The notes under the pieces were generated by a model. It worked only from the letters and a program-made list of their open reading frames with translations. It was not told where the DNA came from and searched no databases. The position numbers were made by a program, and so were the translations under genes. From IMG/VR virus record IMGVR_UViG_3300027874_000004, positions 1-43,523 of that record: DNA of 43,523 nucleotides. One strand, given 5' to 3'. This stretch comes from a virus. Lineage: Duplodnaviria > Caudoviricetes. The first letter of the stretch is position 1; each line of letters opens with the position of its first letter. Of the stretch, positions 15,328 through 23,779 are shown piece by piece.

Positions 15328-17272
15328 ATTCAGGGTTCAGAAGGCCGGGCGGCGCGGCTATGCCGGGCGGGGCGGCGGCTTGGGGGCGGCGGCTGCTGAT
15401 TTCGTGCTCGATGAGCGGGTGGAGGGTCTGGGCTTTAAAATCTTCCATCCGCTGCTGTAGCGCGGGTCCGTATCGGCCATAAAGCCTTCCCAGATAACCC
15501 GTAGTGGCCGTCGGGTCTTGGGTCCAGTCGTGTTCACGGCTCAGCTCCTCTGCCTTGAAGCCACTGACACGCAAGTCATCGCTGAGACCGAGGCGCTCGC
15601 CGATGGATTGAATGCCGGGGATCAACTCAGATTGTATCCTGTTGGACATCCCAACGCCACCCTTATCGAACAGCAGCTCCATGCCTGGGGTGCCGTCTGG
15701 GTGCTGCGCGGGCGAGAAGCCGGCGGCGAAGTCGGGGTGGTTCTCTACCAGACCCTGCCACATATCCTTGACGACGGCGGGATCGGCCAGATCGGGATGG
15801 TGAATAGCGACGCCCAAACGGTTGCCGCTGTTCATCATCCGCATGCCCATGACCTTGGTCTGGTTTGCCAGATAGCCAACGATGTCAGCCATGTCACCAA
15901 AGACTTCGGGCGACGAGATGATGTACGAGCGGCCCGCAGGCGCGAGGGTCGCCTGCCCGCCCGCATTCCACCCGCCCTGGGCATCGGATAGGCGACTGCC
16001 CTCGATGCCGCCGGTCTGCTCTTTTGCAAAATCAAGGATGCGACCCATCACGTTACGGGTTACATCGCCCTGAGCCTCGGGCGAGAGATCGTGCCACCCG
16101 AGCTGCTTGAACCAGCTCTCAAACGGCGACCCTTGGCCGGGGTCCAGCTCGTAGCTCATCGGGCGGCGGTTAGCGATGATCGCCTGCTCCGGGGTCTCGC
16201 CTGCCCGGCCAAGCATCTTCGACATCGCCTTCCAGCCAACCGCCTGAACCTCGCTCGGTATCCACCCGCCGCCCATATAGCCGCGCTGGTTGAGCCAGTC
16301 GGTCAGATCGCGCCCCTTGTTAGCGGTCCACTCGTATTGGGTTTCGCTCGGGCCGCCGCCGATGGCGTCGCGCTTGAGCGCGGCGGCCTTCTCGGGGCCA
16401 TAATTTTGCGCGACCCATTTCAAGGTCGGGTCATCAACCATCCCCATGTCGCGCAGCGAATGAACATCGGCGACAAACGGTGCCCCTGCTGCCGGATCGT
16501 GACCGTAGAAGGCGCGGGTCGGGCTGCCGTTGGCGCTGTCGATAAAGTCGTAAATCTTCTGACCACCCAGCGTGCCGGCAGGCCCCGCATCGGGACCGAC
16601 GCCGCGTGCTTGCCAGTACGAGCGCAGGGCCTCGTCAGCCAGCCCGCCCTGCTTCTGCTCGCCGATGAGGCCGGTTTGGTTGATCAGTTGCTCGCGTGTC
16701 CGCAGCGCCGACAACTGGGCAAAGGACGGCGATGCGTTGACGTTGCCGGTGAGCCAGGCCCCCATCATGTCAGGGCCTAGCTCGGGGCCGAAATGCTGGT
16801 TATAGGCTCCCGAGGCGTCGCGATACCATTTGCGCGCCTCGGCGATCTCGTCAGGCGTGAGAACGTGCTCTGTCCGCGCCAGCCACTGATCGTGCGTGCC
16901 GTTGCCAACAAAGACGCCAGGCTCAAGCTCAAGGGCGGCGTTCTTGGGCGCACCAGCGTCAGGATCGCGCCCAACCAACCGCCGGATGCGGTCCGGTAAG
17001 CCGGGCGGCGCCGCCAGCCCGCCGCCGAGAAAGGGCGCGCCCTCGCCGATGTTCCCAGTGCCCAATACACCGAGCATCGGACTGTCGCCCGGCTGGTTCA
17101 GCAACTGCTGGCGCAGGGCATCTGGAGAGAGCGCCGCGTCCCTCTGGTCGGCCGCGGCCATCTGGTTCCAGGCCGAGTTGTTGAACAGCCAGCTCACCGC
17201 ATCGCCCATCAAGCCAGCAGGCGGCAGATCCGGCGCCGCGTAGCTGCTGCCGAGATCGTCCCAGAGGGCCAT
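15326..17272 (-). CDS. 648-aa putative virion cargo protein with HhH DNA-glycosylase-like domain
   Basis: Motif order KWY, GQKIYDF, FVADVHSLR, SETQY, PSEVQAVGW; TAATG coupling to adaptor gene. Confidence 0.6.
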   Translation of the reverse strand: MALWDDLGSSYAAPDLPPAGLMGDAVSWLFNNSAWNQMAAADQRDAALSPDALRQQLLNQPGDSPMLGVLGTGNIGEGAPFLGGGLAAPPGLPDRIRRLVGRDPDAGAPKNAALELEPGVFVGNGTHDQWLARTEHVLTPDEIAEARKWYRDASGAYNQHFGPELGPDMMGAWLTGNVNASPSFAQLSALRTREQLINQTGLIGEQKQGGLADEALRSYWQARGVGPDAGPAGTLGGQKIYDFIDSANGSPTRAFYGHDPAAGAPFVADVHSLRDMGMVDDPTLKWVAQNYGPEKAAALKRDAIGGGPSETQYEWTANKGRDLTDWLNQRGYMGGGWIPSEVQAVGWKAMSKMLGRAGETPEQAIIANRRPMSYELDPGQGSPFESWFKQLGWHDLSPEAQGDVTRNVMGRILDFAKEQTGGIEGSRLSDAQGGWNAGGQATLAPAGRSYIISSPEVFGDMADIVGYLANQTKVMGMRMMNSGNRLGVAIHHPDLADPAVVKDMWQGLVENHPDFAAGFSPAQHPDGTPGMELLFDKGGVGMSNRIQSELIPGIQSIGERLGLSDDLRVSGFKAEELSREHDWTQDPTATTGYLGRLYGRYGPALQQRMEDFKAQTLHPLIEHEISSRRPQAAAPPGIAAPPGLLNPE

Positions 17273-17928
17273 TACGGATTTTTGGTGTCGGTCTGGATGT
17301 AGAGGCCGCCCGGGTATTTGTAGCGGCGATCGGCGAGGCGGATGCGCTCGAAGGCGGCCTCGCGGGCGCCGAGCCAGATCTGCAGCCGCGGATCGTCGCC
17401 GATGTACGGCGCCGCCATCGACAGCGTGCCCCAGAGGTAAGCGCTCGGGTAGTTGGTCAGAAGCCAATTGGTCGGCGTGGTAGTGCTGAGGCCGGTCAGG
17501 CCGCTGAGATAGGTCAGGTTGAGCGGATCGCTGATGCCGGTATCGGGATCAATGTCACCAATGTCGCCGACAACACGCATATTCAATCCCTCGATCGTGT
17601 AGGCGACCGCCTGGCCCGGCAAACCATAGATATTGCAGTCCATGTTGACTGGCGTCTGATAGGTGAAGACGCGCCGGCCGTAGTTGGTATTGATCCACAT
17701 CTCGCGCAGCTCGCTGTAGTCGAGCGGCAGCGGGATCACCGTGGTGCCGGGCGGCTGCGGCGGGATCGTAATGGTCTTCTCGACGAAGCGGGTGCGCAGC
17801 CTGTCCCTGGCTTCCTCCTCAAACAGCACGATCATGTCGGCGACGGCCGGCTGCACCAGCGGATCGCCAGGGCGAGCGAGCCAGTCGAGCACCGAAGTCT
17901 GCAGGTTCTGATAGGTATCGAGAGCCAT
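17272..17928 (-). CDS. Head-tail adaptor (P22 gp4 / T7 gp11-like)
   Basis: TY..LQ.SV.DWLAR; LP.DY; TNWLLTNYP.AYLWGTL..A.PYI.DD.R. Confidence 0.8.
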   Translation of the reverse strand: MALDTYQNLQTSVLDWLARPGDPLVQPAVADMIVLFEEEARDRLRTRFVEKTITIPPQPPGTTVIPLPLDYSELREMWINTNYGRRVFTYQTPVNMDCNIYGLPGQAVAYTIEGLNMRVVGDIGDIDPDTGISDPLNLTYLSGLTGLSTTTPTNWLLTNYPSAYLWGTLSMAAPYIGDDPRLQIWLGAREAAFERIRLADRRYKYPGGLYIQTDTKNP

Positions 17929-17935
17929 GCCAGCC

Positions 17936-18277
17936 TCAGAGGATGAAATGCCTGCCGTAGCGCAGATAGCGCCACTCGTTTGAGTTCAGGAGCTGCAGCA
18001 CCTTCTTGCGATGGTTCCGGTCCCAGGCCCGCACGCCGTATTGCTGCAGCCAGATCAGCTGCACCTCGGGCGATATGCGCGCGGCCAGGCGCATGCTCTT
18101 GTCGCTGTTCCAGCCATCCTCATCGAGCTGCGAGCGCTTGTTCGCCTCGATGATCGGCTCGACATCGGCGGTGCGGCGGATGATGCAGCGCTCGCCATCG
18201 GGATCGTACTTGTAGTGCTCGACCGCGCCCGTGTCGGGATCGCGACTGAGAAAGCGCCAGCTATTTTCGGCGGGCAC
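17936..18277 (-). CDS. Conserved-looking hypothetical protein upstream of adaptor
   Basis: DVEPIIEANK ... RLAARI ... LN..EWRYLR pattern; GTG start. Confidence 0.7.
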   Translation of the reverse strand: MPAENSWRFLSRDPDTGAVEHYKYDPDGERCIIRRTADVEPIIEANKRSQLDEDGWNSDKSMRLAARISPEVQLIWLQQYGVRAWDRNHRKKVLQLLNSNEWRYLRYGRHFIL

Positions 18278-18563
18278 TGGGCGCGTATCCCATCTGGGCG
18301 AGGAGGGCGGTGACAGCGTCGGCCTGTTTCTGCAGCGCCGAGGCCAGGGCGTCGAGCACGGCCGGGTCATCGACCGGCGGGTTGAGCGTGACGCCGGTCT
18401 GCATCGACATGCCCGATGTCGCCGGCTGCGCGACCGTCACCGCATTGACCGAGCCGCCGGCATTGACGATCGCGATCGCGGTGTTGAGCGTCGCGAGCTG
18501 CTGCTGGAGCTGAGAGGCCTGCGGGATCTGGTCAATGGTCGGCGGGTCGCTGGATGCGGGCAT
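18261..18563 (-). CDS. Hypothetical protein, possible tail-fibre accessory
   Basis: TGATG coupling, GGAGAG RBS. Confidence 0.65.
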   Translation of the reverse strand: MPASSDPPTIDQIPQASQLQQQLATLNTAIAIVNAGGSVNAVTVAQPATSGMSMQTGVTLNPPVDDPAVLDALASALQKQADAVTALLAQMGYAPSARRK

Positions 18564-20503
18564 CAGGCTCTCTCCAATTGTTCCAGGCGCGTCGACATTT
18601 CCTGCACTGCCTTCCACAGGACGGCGACAAGCTCGTTGTAGTTGAGACCGTGGCTGTCGACCCTGGCAGCGTCCTCTGGCCCTGGCCCAAAGCGGTCGCC
18701 GACGCGATAGTGCTCATAGCCGCCAAAGTTGTGACCGGCGCGCTCCATCACCTCGCCGACGTCCTGGGCGATGAAGCCCCAATGCATCTTGCCGTCTGGC
18801 CCATCACGCCAGCGGAACCGCTGCGGAGTGATCTCGTTGACCAGACCGAGACAGTCAGGCAGATCGGCTATGTTGGTCTTTTTGTTGCGGTCGGAGGCGG
18901 TGAAGAATTGGTAGGAGGCAACCCTGTACCAACTTGTGCCCCAGGCATCGACGCCGCACCACCAGTTATTGTCAACCTCGGGCGCGATGTGTTGGTGAAC
19001 GTAGAGGGCGCTCGCCGCGTGCAGGTAGACATTCCTGCTGCCGTCTGGCTGTATCCACACCTGGTTGTCGTTGCCGATACCGATCATCCCGTGCTGGGTT
19101 CCGCCTGTGTCGGCGGAACAATAGTAACTGTTGTTCGGCATGTAGATCTGGTTGCCCATATACAGCTGGCCGCTGATATAGGTGTTGGTGCTGACGCTGT
19201 TGCCTAAATGGATGACGCCGCCGCAATCCCATTGAATGTAGGTGCCGCCGCCGTTCTTGCCCTGCAGAACGATGTTGGAGCTGTCGCTCCGAATACTGGG
19301 CCAGCCCTGATCGATGTTGTTGTTGCCGGCAAAGTAGAGCCGGTTGCCGTCGCTGCCGTTGTGGATATAGAGCGAGTAGCTGCTGTTGACGCCAACATTC
19401 ATCTGGCCGCGAGCGGCGATGTTCTGGCCGCTGTTTGCCTGCAGCCAAAGCGTGGTGCCCGAGTCGATATGCCCGTTGCCGTCATCGTAGATGCGCACAT
19501 AGTCGCCGCTGCCGGCCCCGTTCCAGATGATCAGGCCCTTATTTGCGCTTGAATTATAAAGGTTGAGTTCCGGGCCGGCGTCGTAGACGGCATCGAGCCG
19601 AGCGCCGTGATACCACTTGAAGTTTTGGTTTACCGGCACCGAATGCCACAGCCCCCCGTTCTCCATACCGATGGCGTAGTCAACGTTACTCCCATCTCCC
19701 CAGAGCTGTATTCTGGTGCCGACCGATCGCGCGCTGGTGCTGGGCGGCGCGATGCCGTTGTTACCGAATGAAATGTAGTTGCCGGCGGCGTTGCTGATGA
19801 TGAGCTGCGGTGCGCTGCTGCTCGCGGTGACGGGGCCGGCGAGGTTGATTGCCCCGGCGGGATCGATCCACAGCCGCGTAGCCGGTGCCGAGGTGCCGGT
19901 AACGAAATACATTGCGCCGCCTGCGTCGGCGCCGATCCCGGCGTAGTTTGTCGCACTGGCGTTGTAGAGCAACAGATTGGTGTTGGCGTTGGTCGGCGCG
20001 GAATAGCTGCCGGCATTGGAACCGATGCGGTTGCCCTGGGCGGTCAGTGTCAGGGGCGAGCCGTAGGTGCCGCTCCACTGGATCGTGTTCGGCGTTGTGC
20101 CGGTGTTGATCGTGATGCCGGCGCCGGCCTGATAGCTCGATGCCCCAGCCGGGCCGGTCGCGCCGGTAGCCCCAGTCGGGCCGGCAGGCCCTGTGGCGCC
20201 CGTTGGACCGATCGGGCCAGTCGCGCCGACCGGGCCGGTCGCGCCGGTTACACCGATTGGCCCCTGCGGGCCTGTCGCGCCCGTTGGGCCAGTGGCGCCC
20301 GTTGGACCGATCGGGCCAGTGGCGCCCGTTGGACCGATCGGGCCAGCCGGGCCAGTGGCACCGGGAGGCCCCTGCGGGCCGGTGCCGGCCGGCACCGATC
20401 GCCAGGTCTGACCCGGATCGTCCCAGAACGCCAGCATGTCGCTGCTGGTCGGAACGATGTAGGCAGGGATTGCCGCCAGGGCGCCGGCAACGGGAGTGCT
20501 CAT
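18563..20503 (-). CDS. Tail fibre with collagen-like repeat and C-terminal S74 chaperone
   Basis: GPT/GAT Gly-X-Y repeats; [33 protein letters not shown]. Confidence 0.88.
   Translation of the reverse strand: MSTPVAGALAAIPAYIVPTSSDMLAFWDDPGQTWRSVPAGTGPQGPPGATGPAGPIGPTGATGPIGPTGATGPTGATGPQGPIGVTGATGPVGATGPIGPTGATGPAGPTGATGATGPAGASSYQAGAGITINTGTTPNTIQWSGTYGSPLTLTAQGNRIGSNAGSYSAPTNANTNLLLYNASATNYAGIGADAGGAMYFVTGTSAPATRLWIDPAGAINLAGPVTASSSAPQLIISNAAGNYISFGNNGIAPPSTSARSVGTRIQLWGDGSNVDYAIGMENGGLWHSVPVNQNFKWYHGARLDAVYDAGPELNLYNSSANKGLIIWNGAGSGDYVRIYDDGNGHIDSGTTLWLQANSGQNIAARGQMNVGVNSSYSLYIHNGSDGNRLYFAGNNNIDQGWPSIRSDSSNIVLQGKNGGGTYIQWDCGGVIHLGNSVSTNTYISGQLYMGNQIYMPNNSYYCSADTGGTQHGMIGIGNDNQVWIQPDGSRNVYLHAASALYVHQHIAPEVDNNWWCGVDAWGTSWYRVASYQFFTASDRNKKTNIADLPDCLGLVNEITPQRFRWRDGPDGKMHWGFIAQDVGEVMERAGHNFGGYEHYRVGDRFGPGPEDAARVDSHGLNYNELVAVLWKAVQEMSTRLEQLERA
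20150..20385 (-). repeat. Collagen-like Gly-X-Y coding repeat with 27-bp units
   Basis: gggccagtggcgcccgttggaccgatc tandem copies. Confidence 0.85.
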
Positions 20504-20715
20504 GCGGCCGGATCGAGACCGTTCATTGTCGGCGCGGCGGCGGCGGCGGCCGGCCCTGGCGCGAACGCATCAGGCACCGTTGCCGCAACCTGCTGCTGCA
20601 GCTTGGCGATGAGCTGCGCCACAACCTCATAGGGCGCCTTGGCGAGCGCGCCCATGATGACGTTGTATTCGGCGGCGGTGATGCTCAGCGCCAGCTCTTG
20701 ATTGGCGTCGATCAT
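20500..20715 (-). CDS. Small tail-fibre-associated protein
   Basis: [22 protein letters not shown]; ATGA overlaps on both sides. Confidence 0.7.
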   Translation of the reverse strand: MIDANQELALSITAAEYNVIMGALAKAPYEVVAQLIAKLQQQVAATVPDAFAPGPAAAAAAPTMNGLDPAA

Positions 20716-22415
20716 TTGTTCTCCAGCTTGTCGGCGAGCTGCTGCACCGCCCGCAGGAGGTACGGCACCAGGGCCTTGAGGTTGATGGCGCGCAGATCAT
20801 TGAATTGCCCGACCGCTTCCGGCACCAGGTCTTCCAGCTCCTGGGCGACCAGGCCGATCGGCACGCGCCAGCCCGGCCAGCGGGTCTCGTCGGTGTACTC
20901 AAAAGCCCGCACCGGCACGCGGCGCAGGAGATCGAGCGCGTCGATGTCGCTGTCGGCGATGCCGCGCTTCACCCGTGCGTCGGAAATCTGATCGACCCAG
21001 ATGGCAAAGAGGTTGTTGGCAAAGTCGTTGCCATTGAGCACGTCGCCGGTCGGGCCGGCACCGCTGCTGGCGTAGGCGAGGTTCTTGCAGTTGGTCGTGG
21101 TGCAGGCGTAAGCGTTCGGAATGTTCATGTGAATGCCGTTGCTGTCGCTGGTGAAGTACAGCCCGCTCCCGCTCCCGGTCGCCAGGATCGGCGGCCCGCC
21201 GCTGCCCCCGTAATACCAGCCGCCGCAATGGACATCGTTCTGGTTGTAGACGACACCGTTCAGCGAAATGCTGTGGTTGCCGTTCGGCCCGATCCAGATC
21301 TGATTGTCATTGCCCATGCCGATCAGGCCGATGCCGGTGCCGCCGGTATCCTGACCGTAGTAATATTGGTTGTTGGAGATCACCACGGCGTGGCCCTGGA
21401 CGGTCAGGTTGCCGCTGGTGACGGTCAGGTAGGCGATCGAGCCGCCACTCACCGGAACGTAATTGCCGAGGTCGCTTCCGGTAGCTATTGCGCCAACACC
21501 TGTGCCATCGACGAACCCTAAAATATGCGAACCATTCCAAGTAAAACCGACGTGGTTGCTGCCGCCGACACCGTTGTATTGAATGCCGGTGCCGCCGACC
21601 AGCATCGCCTGGGGAGCGGTCACTGTGCCGCCGGTCGCGCTGAGCGCGAGTGTGTTGTTGGTGTAGAAATTGAGCACGCCATCGCTCGGGCTGAACATCC
21701 CCGTGTCGTAGCTGCCATCGCCGATAAAACTGTACCCGTGACCGTTGGGGCCGCCCTCGCTGGCGATGATTTTCCCGGTCGCAGAAACATCGCCGGTTAC
21801 GCCGAGGCCGGCGCCGACCGTCAGCCCGCCGGTCACCGCGCCGCCGCTCGTCGGCAAATAGCCGGGGATGGTCGAGCTGCCGCTGACGGTCAGGCTGCCG
21901 CCGATCGAGACATTGCCCGGCACGCTGATGCCGCCGCTGCCGTTTTGGGTGATCGGCAGAAACGGGTTCTGGAGCAGGAAACCGCCGGCACCGCCGTTGA
22001 GGCTCTGCACATAGACGAGCTGCGGGTGCGTGTTGGCCGGGATGTCGCCGGCCGCGACAGCGGCAAAGGTGCCGCCCGATGCCGCCTTGTAGATCCCCTT
22101 CGCGCCGAGCGTATTGACCTGAAACGTGTCGCTGCCGACCGATGCGCCGGCTGCCTTGAACGAATACCGCTCGCCCTCGACGTAGGCGGTCGGGTAGGTG
22201 GTGTTGCTGGTAGCGAGCGTATAGGCGCCGCTGGCGGGCGTCACCGTGCTCACCGGGTTGATCCGGTCCCAGAAGCGCTTCAGCGCGCCCATGTTGGCGC
22301 GGGCGCAATCGTTGACCGTCGACGGCATCTGGCCCTCGGGCCAGCCGTTGGGCGGACCCTGGATGTTGCCGCCGTCCAGCTCAAACCAATTGGCGTTGTC
22401 GGAGATGTCGGGCAT
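20712..22415 (-). CDS. Tail fibre/spike with N-terminal anchor and C-terminal S74 chaperone
   Basis: GWPEGQMPSTVNDCARA anchor; SDARVKRGI..IGLVAQELE..LVPYLLRAVQQL. Confidence 0.85.
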   Translation of the reverse strand: MPDISDNANWFELDGGNIQGPPNGWPEGQMPSTVNDCARANMGALKRFWDRINPVSTVTPASGAYTLATSNTTYPTAYVEGERYSFKAAGASVGSDTFQVNTLGAKGIYKAASGGTFAAVAAGDIPANTHPQLVYVQSLNGGAGGFLLQNPFLPITQNGSGGISVPGNVSIGGSLTVSGSSTIPGYLPTSGGAVTGGLTVGAGLGVTGDVSATGKIIASEGGPNGHGYSFIGDGSYDTGMFSPSDGVLNFYTNNTLALSATGGTVTAPQAMLVGGTGIQYNGVGGSNHVGFTWNGSHILGFVDGTGVGAIATGSDLGNYVPVSGGSIAYLTVTSGNLTVQGHAVVISNNQYYYGQDTGGTGIGLIGMGNDNQIWIGPNGNHSISLNGVVYNQNDVHCGGWYYGGSGGPPILATGSGSGLYFTSDSNGIHMNIPNAYACTTTNCKNLAYASSGAGPTGDVLNGNDFANNLFAIWVDQISDARVKRGIADSDIDALDLLRRVPVRAFEYTDETRWPGWRVPIGLVAQELEDLVPEAVGQFNDLRAINLKALVPYLLRAVQQLADKLENK

Positions 22416-22436
22416 GGGCAAACATCCTGCGGATGT

Positions 22437-22497
22437 AAAAAGCGGCGGCCCGCGAATACCTGTCACCGGGAGGTTCGGCAGGTAGGCGGGCCGCCGC
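22437..22497 (-). terminator. Long hairpin plus U-tract after the capsid gene
   Basis: 12-bp GCGGCGGCCCGC/GCGGGCCGCCGC stem followed by TTTTT on the minus strand. Confidence 0.65.
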
Positions 22498-22540
22498 CCT
22501 GGCGCCGCGGGTTGTCGTCACAAGCGCCAGGGCTATCGGT

Positions 22541-23143
22541 TTAGGTGAGATCGGCGCAGAGACCGGAGCCGGCTTCGTTGCGGGCGGTGAGCGTGTACTC
22601 GCCGACCAGCATTTTCTTTTCGTTGTCACCCGTTTTCGCCAGCTCAACGAGGTTGATCGGTCGCAACCAGGCGAGGCCCCAGAGGTCGCTGTTGAGGATC
22701 AGGGCGTCGCGCTGCCGCATAAAGCGGTCAGGCTTCACCTCGACCGAGCCAAAATCGTAGACATACACGTCGATCGAGGTCACCAACTTCTCTTCGTCGG
22801 CGTTGATGTACCTCGTATTGTTGCCCTGGAACGCCGAGAGCGCGACCTTCTGGTTGCTGTTGACCAGCACCTGATCGGGTTCGTCACCGCTGTTCTGCCA
22901 GACCGAGGCGAGCACGGTCTTCAGCATGGTTTCGGTAAACGCCGCTTGCGTCCCATCGGTGCGGGCATTGGTGCCATCACCAACAGGATTGGCGCCGCCG
23001 GCTCCCATCGACGTGTTGGTCTTGATCCATGCAAGAACAGAAGCAGCCAACGCCGCCGTCGCGCCGACGGTGCCGGCCGAGCGGGCCTGGTTCTGGAGCA
23101 GGATCGTTTCGATGTCGCGCTTGAGCGACTTGCCTTTTTTAGC
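22541..23143 (-). CDS. Major capsid protein (SU10/DUF5309-type), exon 2 (200 aa)
   Basis: AKKGKSLKRDIE ... DFG ... LAKTGDNEK..LVGEYTL..RNE; in frame with exon 1 after intron removal. Confidence 0.92.
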   Translation of the reverse strand, partial: AKKGKSLKRDIETILLQNQARSAGTVGATAALAASVLAWIKTNTSMGAGGANPVGDGTNARTDGTQAAFTETMLKTVLASVWQNSGDEPDQVLVNSNQKVALSAFQGNNTRYINADEEKLVTSIDVYVYDFGSVEVKPDRFMRQRDALILNSDLWGLAWLRPINLVELAKTGDNEKKMLVGEYTLTARNEAGSGLCADLT

Positions 23144-23390
23144 CGATTTGTTATCGCGCGGCTCTTTATCCGCGCTTCTGCCGGTTACCCGGCAGTCCAG
23201 ACTATATCATCACCTCTTTCGAGGGCCGGGCGCTCGTGGGCGGGTTATTGTTTCCTCACCGCCTAGTCGTTGAACCGTCCGCGCCCCTGGGCCTGGGCTT
23301 ACATGCGCGGCTTGGCTGCTGATTGTCCTCGGCATCACCCGGTCGGATGTTCCAGCAATTCACCCGGTTTAGTCAGGTCCGCTAATGCCA
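23144..23390 (-). ncRNA. Group I self-splicing intron, 247 nt, no internal ORF
   Basis: P (AATTGCTGGAA), Q (AATCAGCAG), R (GTTCAACGACTA), S (ATGATATAGTC); P1 TCAGGTT/GACCTGA with U.G at the splice site; P10 TTAGC/GCTAA; terminal G at 23144. Confidence 0.95.
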
Positions 23391-23735
23391 AACCTGATAG
23401 CCGATTTCGCTCTTCCGGCCCGCCTTATTGACGGCTTCCTCGGTCATCGCAATGATCACGGTCTTACGCGAGATCTGGGTGTAATTGCCCCTGCGGACGG
23501 TCGGCACAACGGCATCGAACGCACTGATGTCGTCGCCCTGGATCTGAGCATTGCTGCCGTTAGGAGTCTCGAGCACATCGGTCTGCCATTCGTGGTAGAC
23601 CGCGGTTGCTTTCTCCCTCGCGATCGCCGTCATAAACGGCGTTTCAGTCGGGCTGATGTTGTAGATAATGTCGCTCAGGTCTTCTCTGAGACCCACAGCG
23701 CTGTAGGTGGTGAACGTATTCGTAAGCAAAGCCAT
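23391..23735 (-). CDS. Major capsid protein, exon 1 (115 aa; spliced product 315 aa)
   Basis: GLREDLSDIIYNISPTETPF, HEWQTD, NYTQI, AGRKSE..YQ. Confidence 0.92.
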
Positions 23736-23779
23736 TAGGGCTGCTCCATGGAGCCGCCCGGCGCGATCGGGATCAGCGG

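Noticed and set aside
18563-22415. Diversity-generating retroelement or invertible tail-fibre system
   Set aside because: No reverse transcriptase, invertase or adenine-specific TR/VR pair; the shared module is diverged at all positions
22541-23735. Capsid gene as a pseudogene, two genes or a programmed frameshift
   Set aside because: The intervening 247 nt has a complete group I core and its precise removal restores the frame
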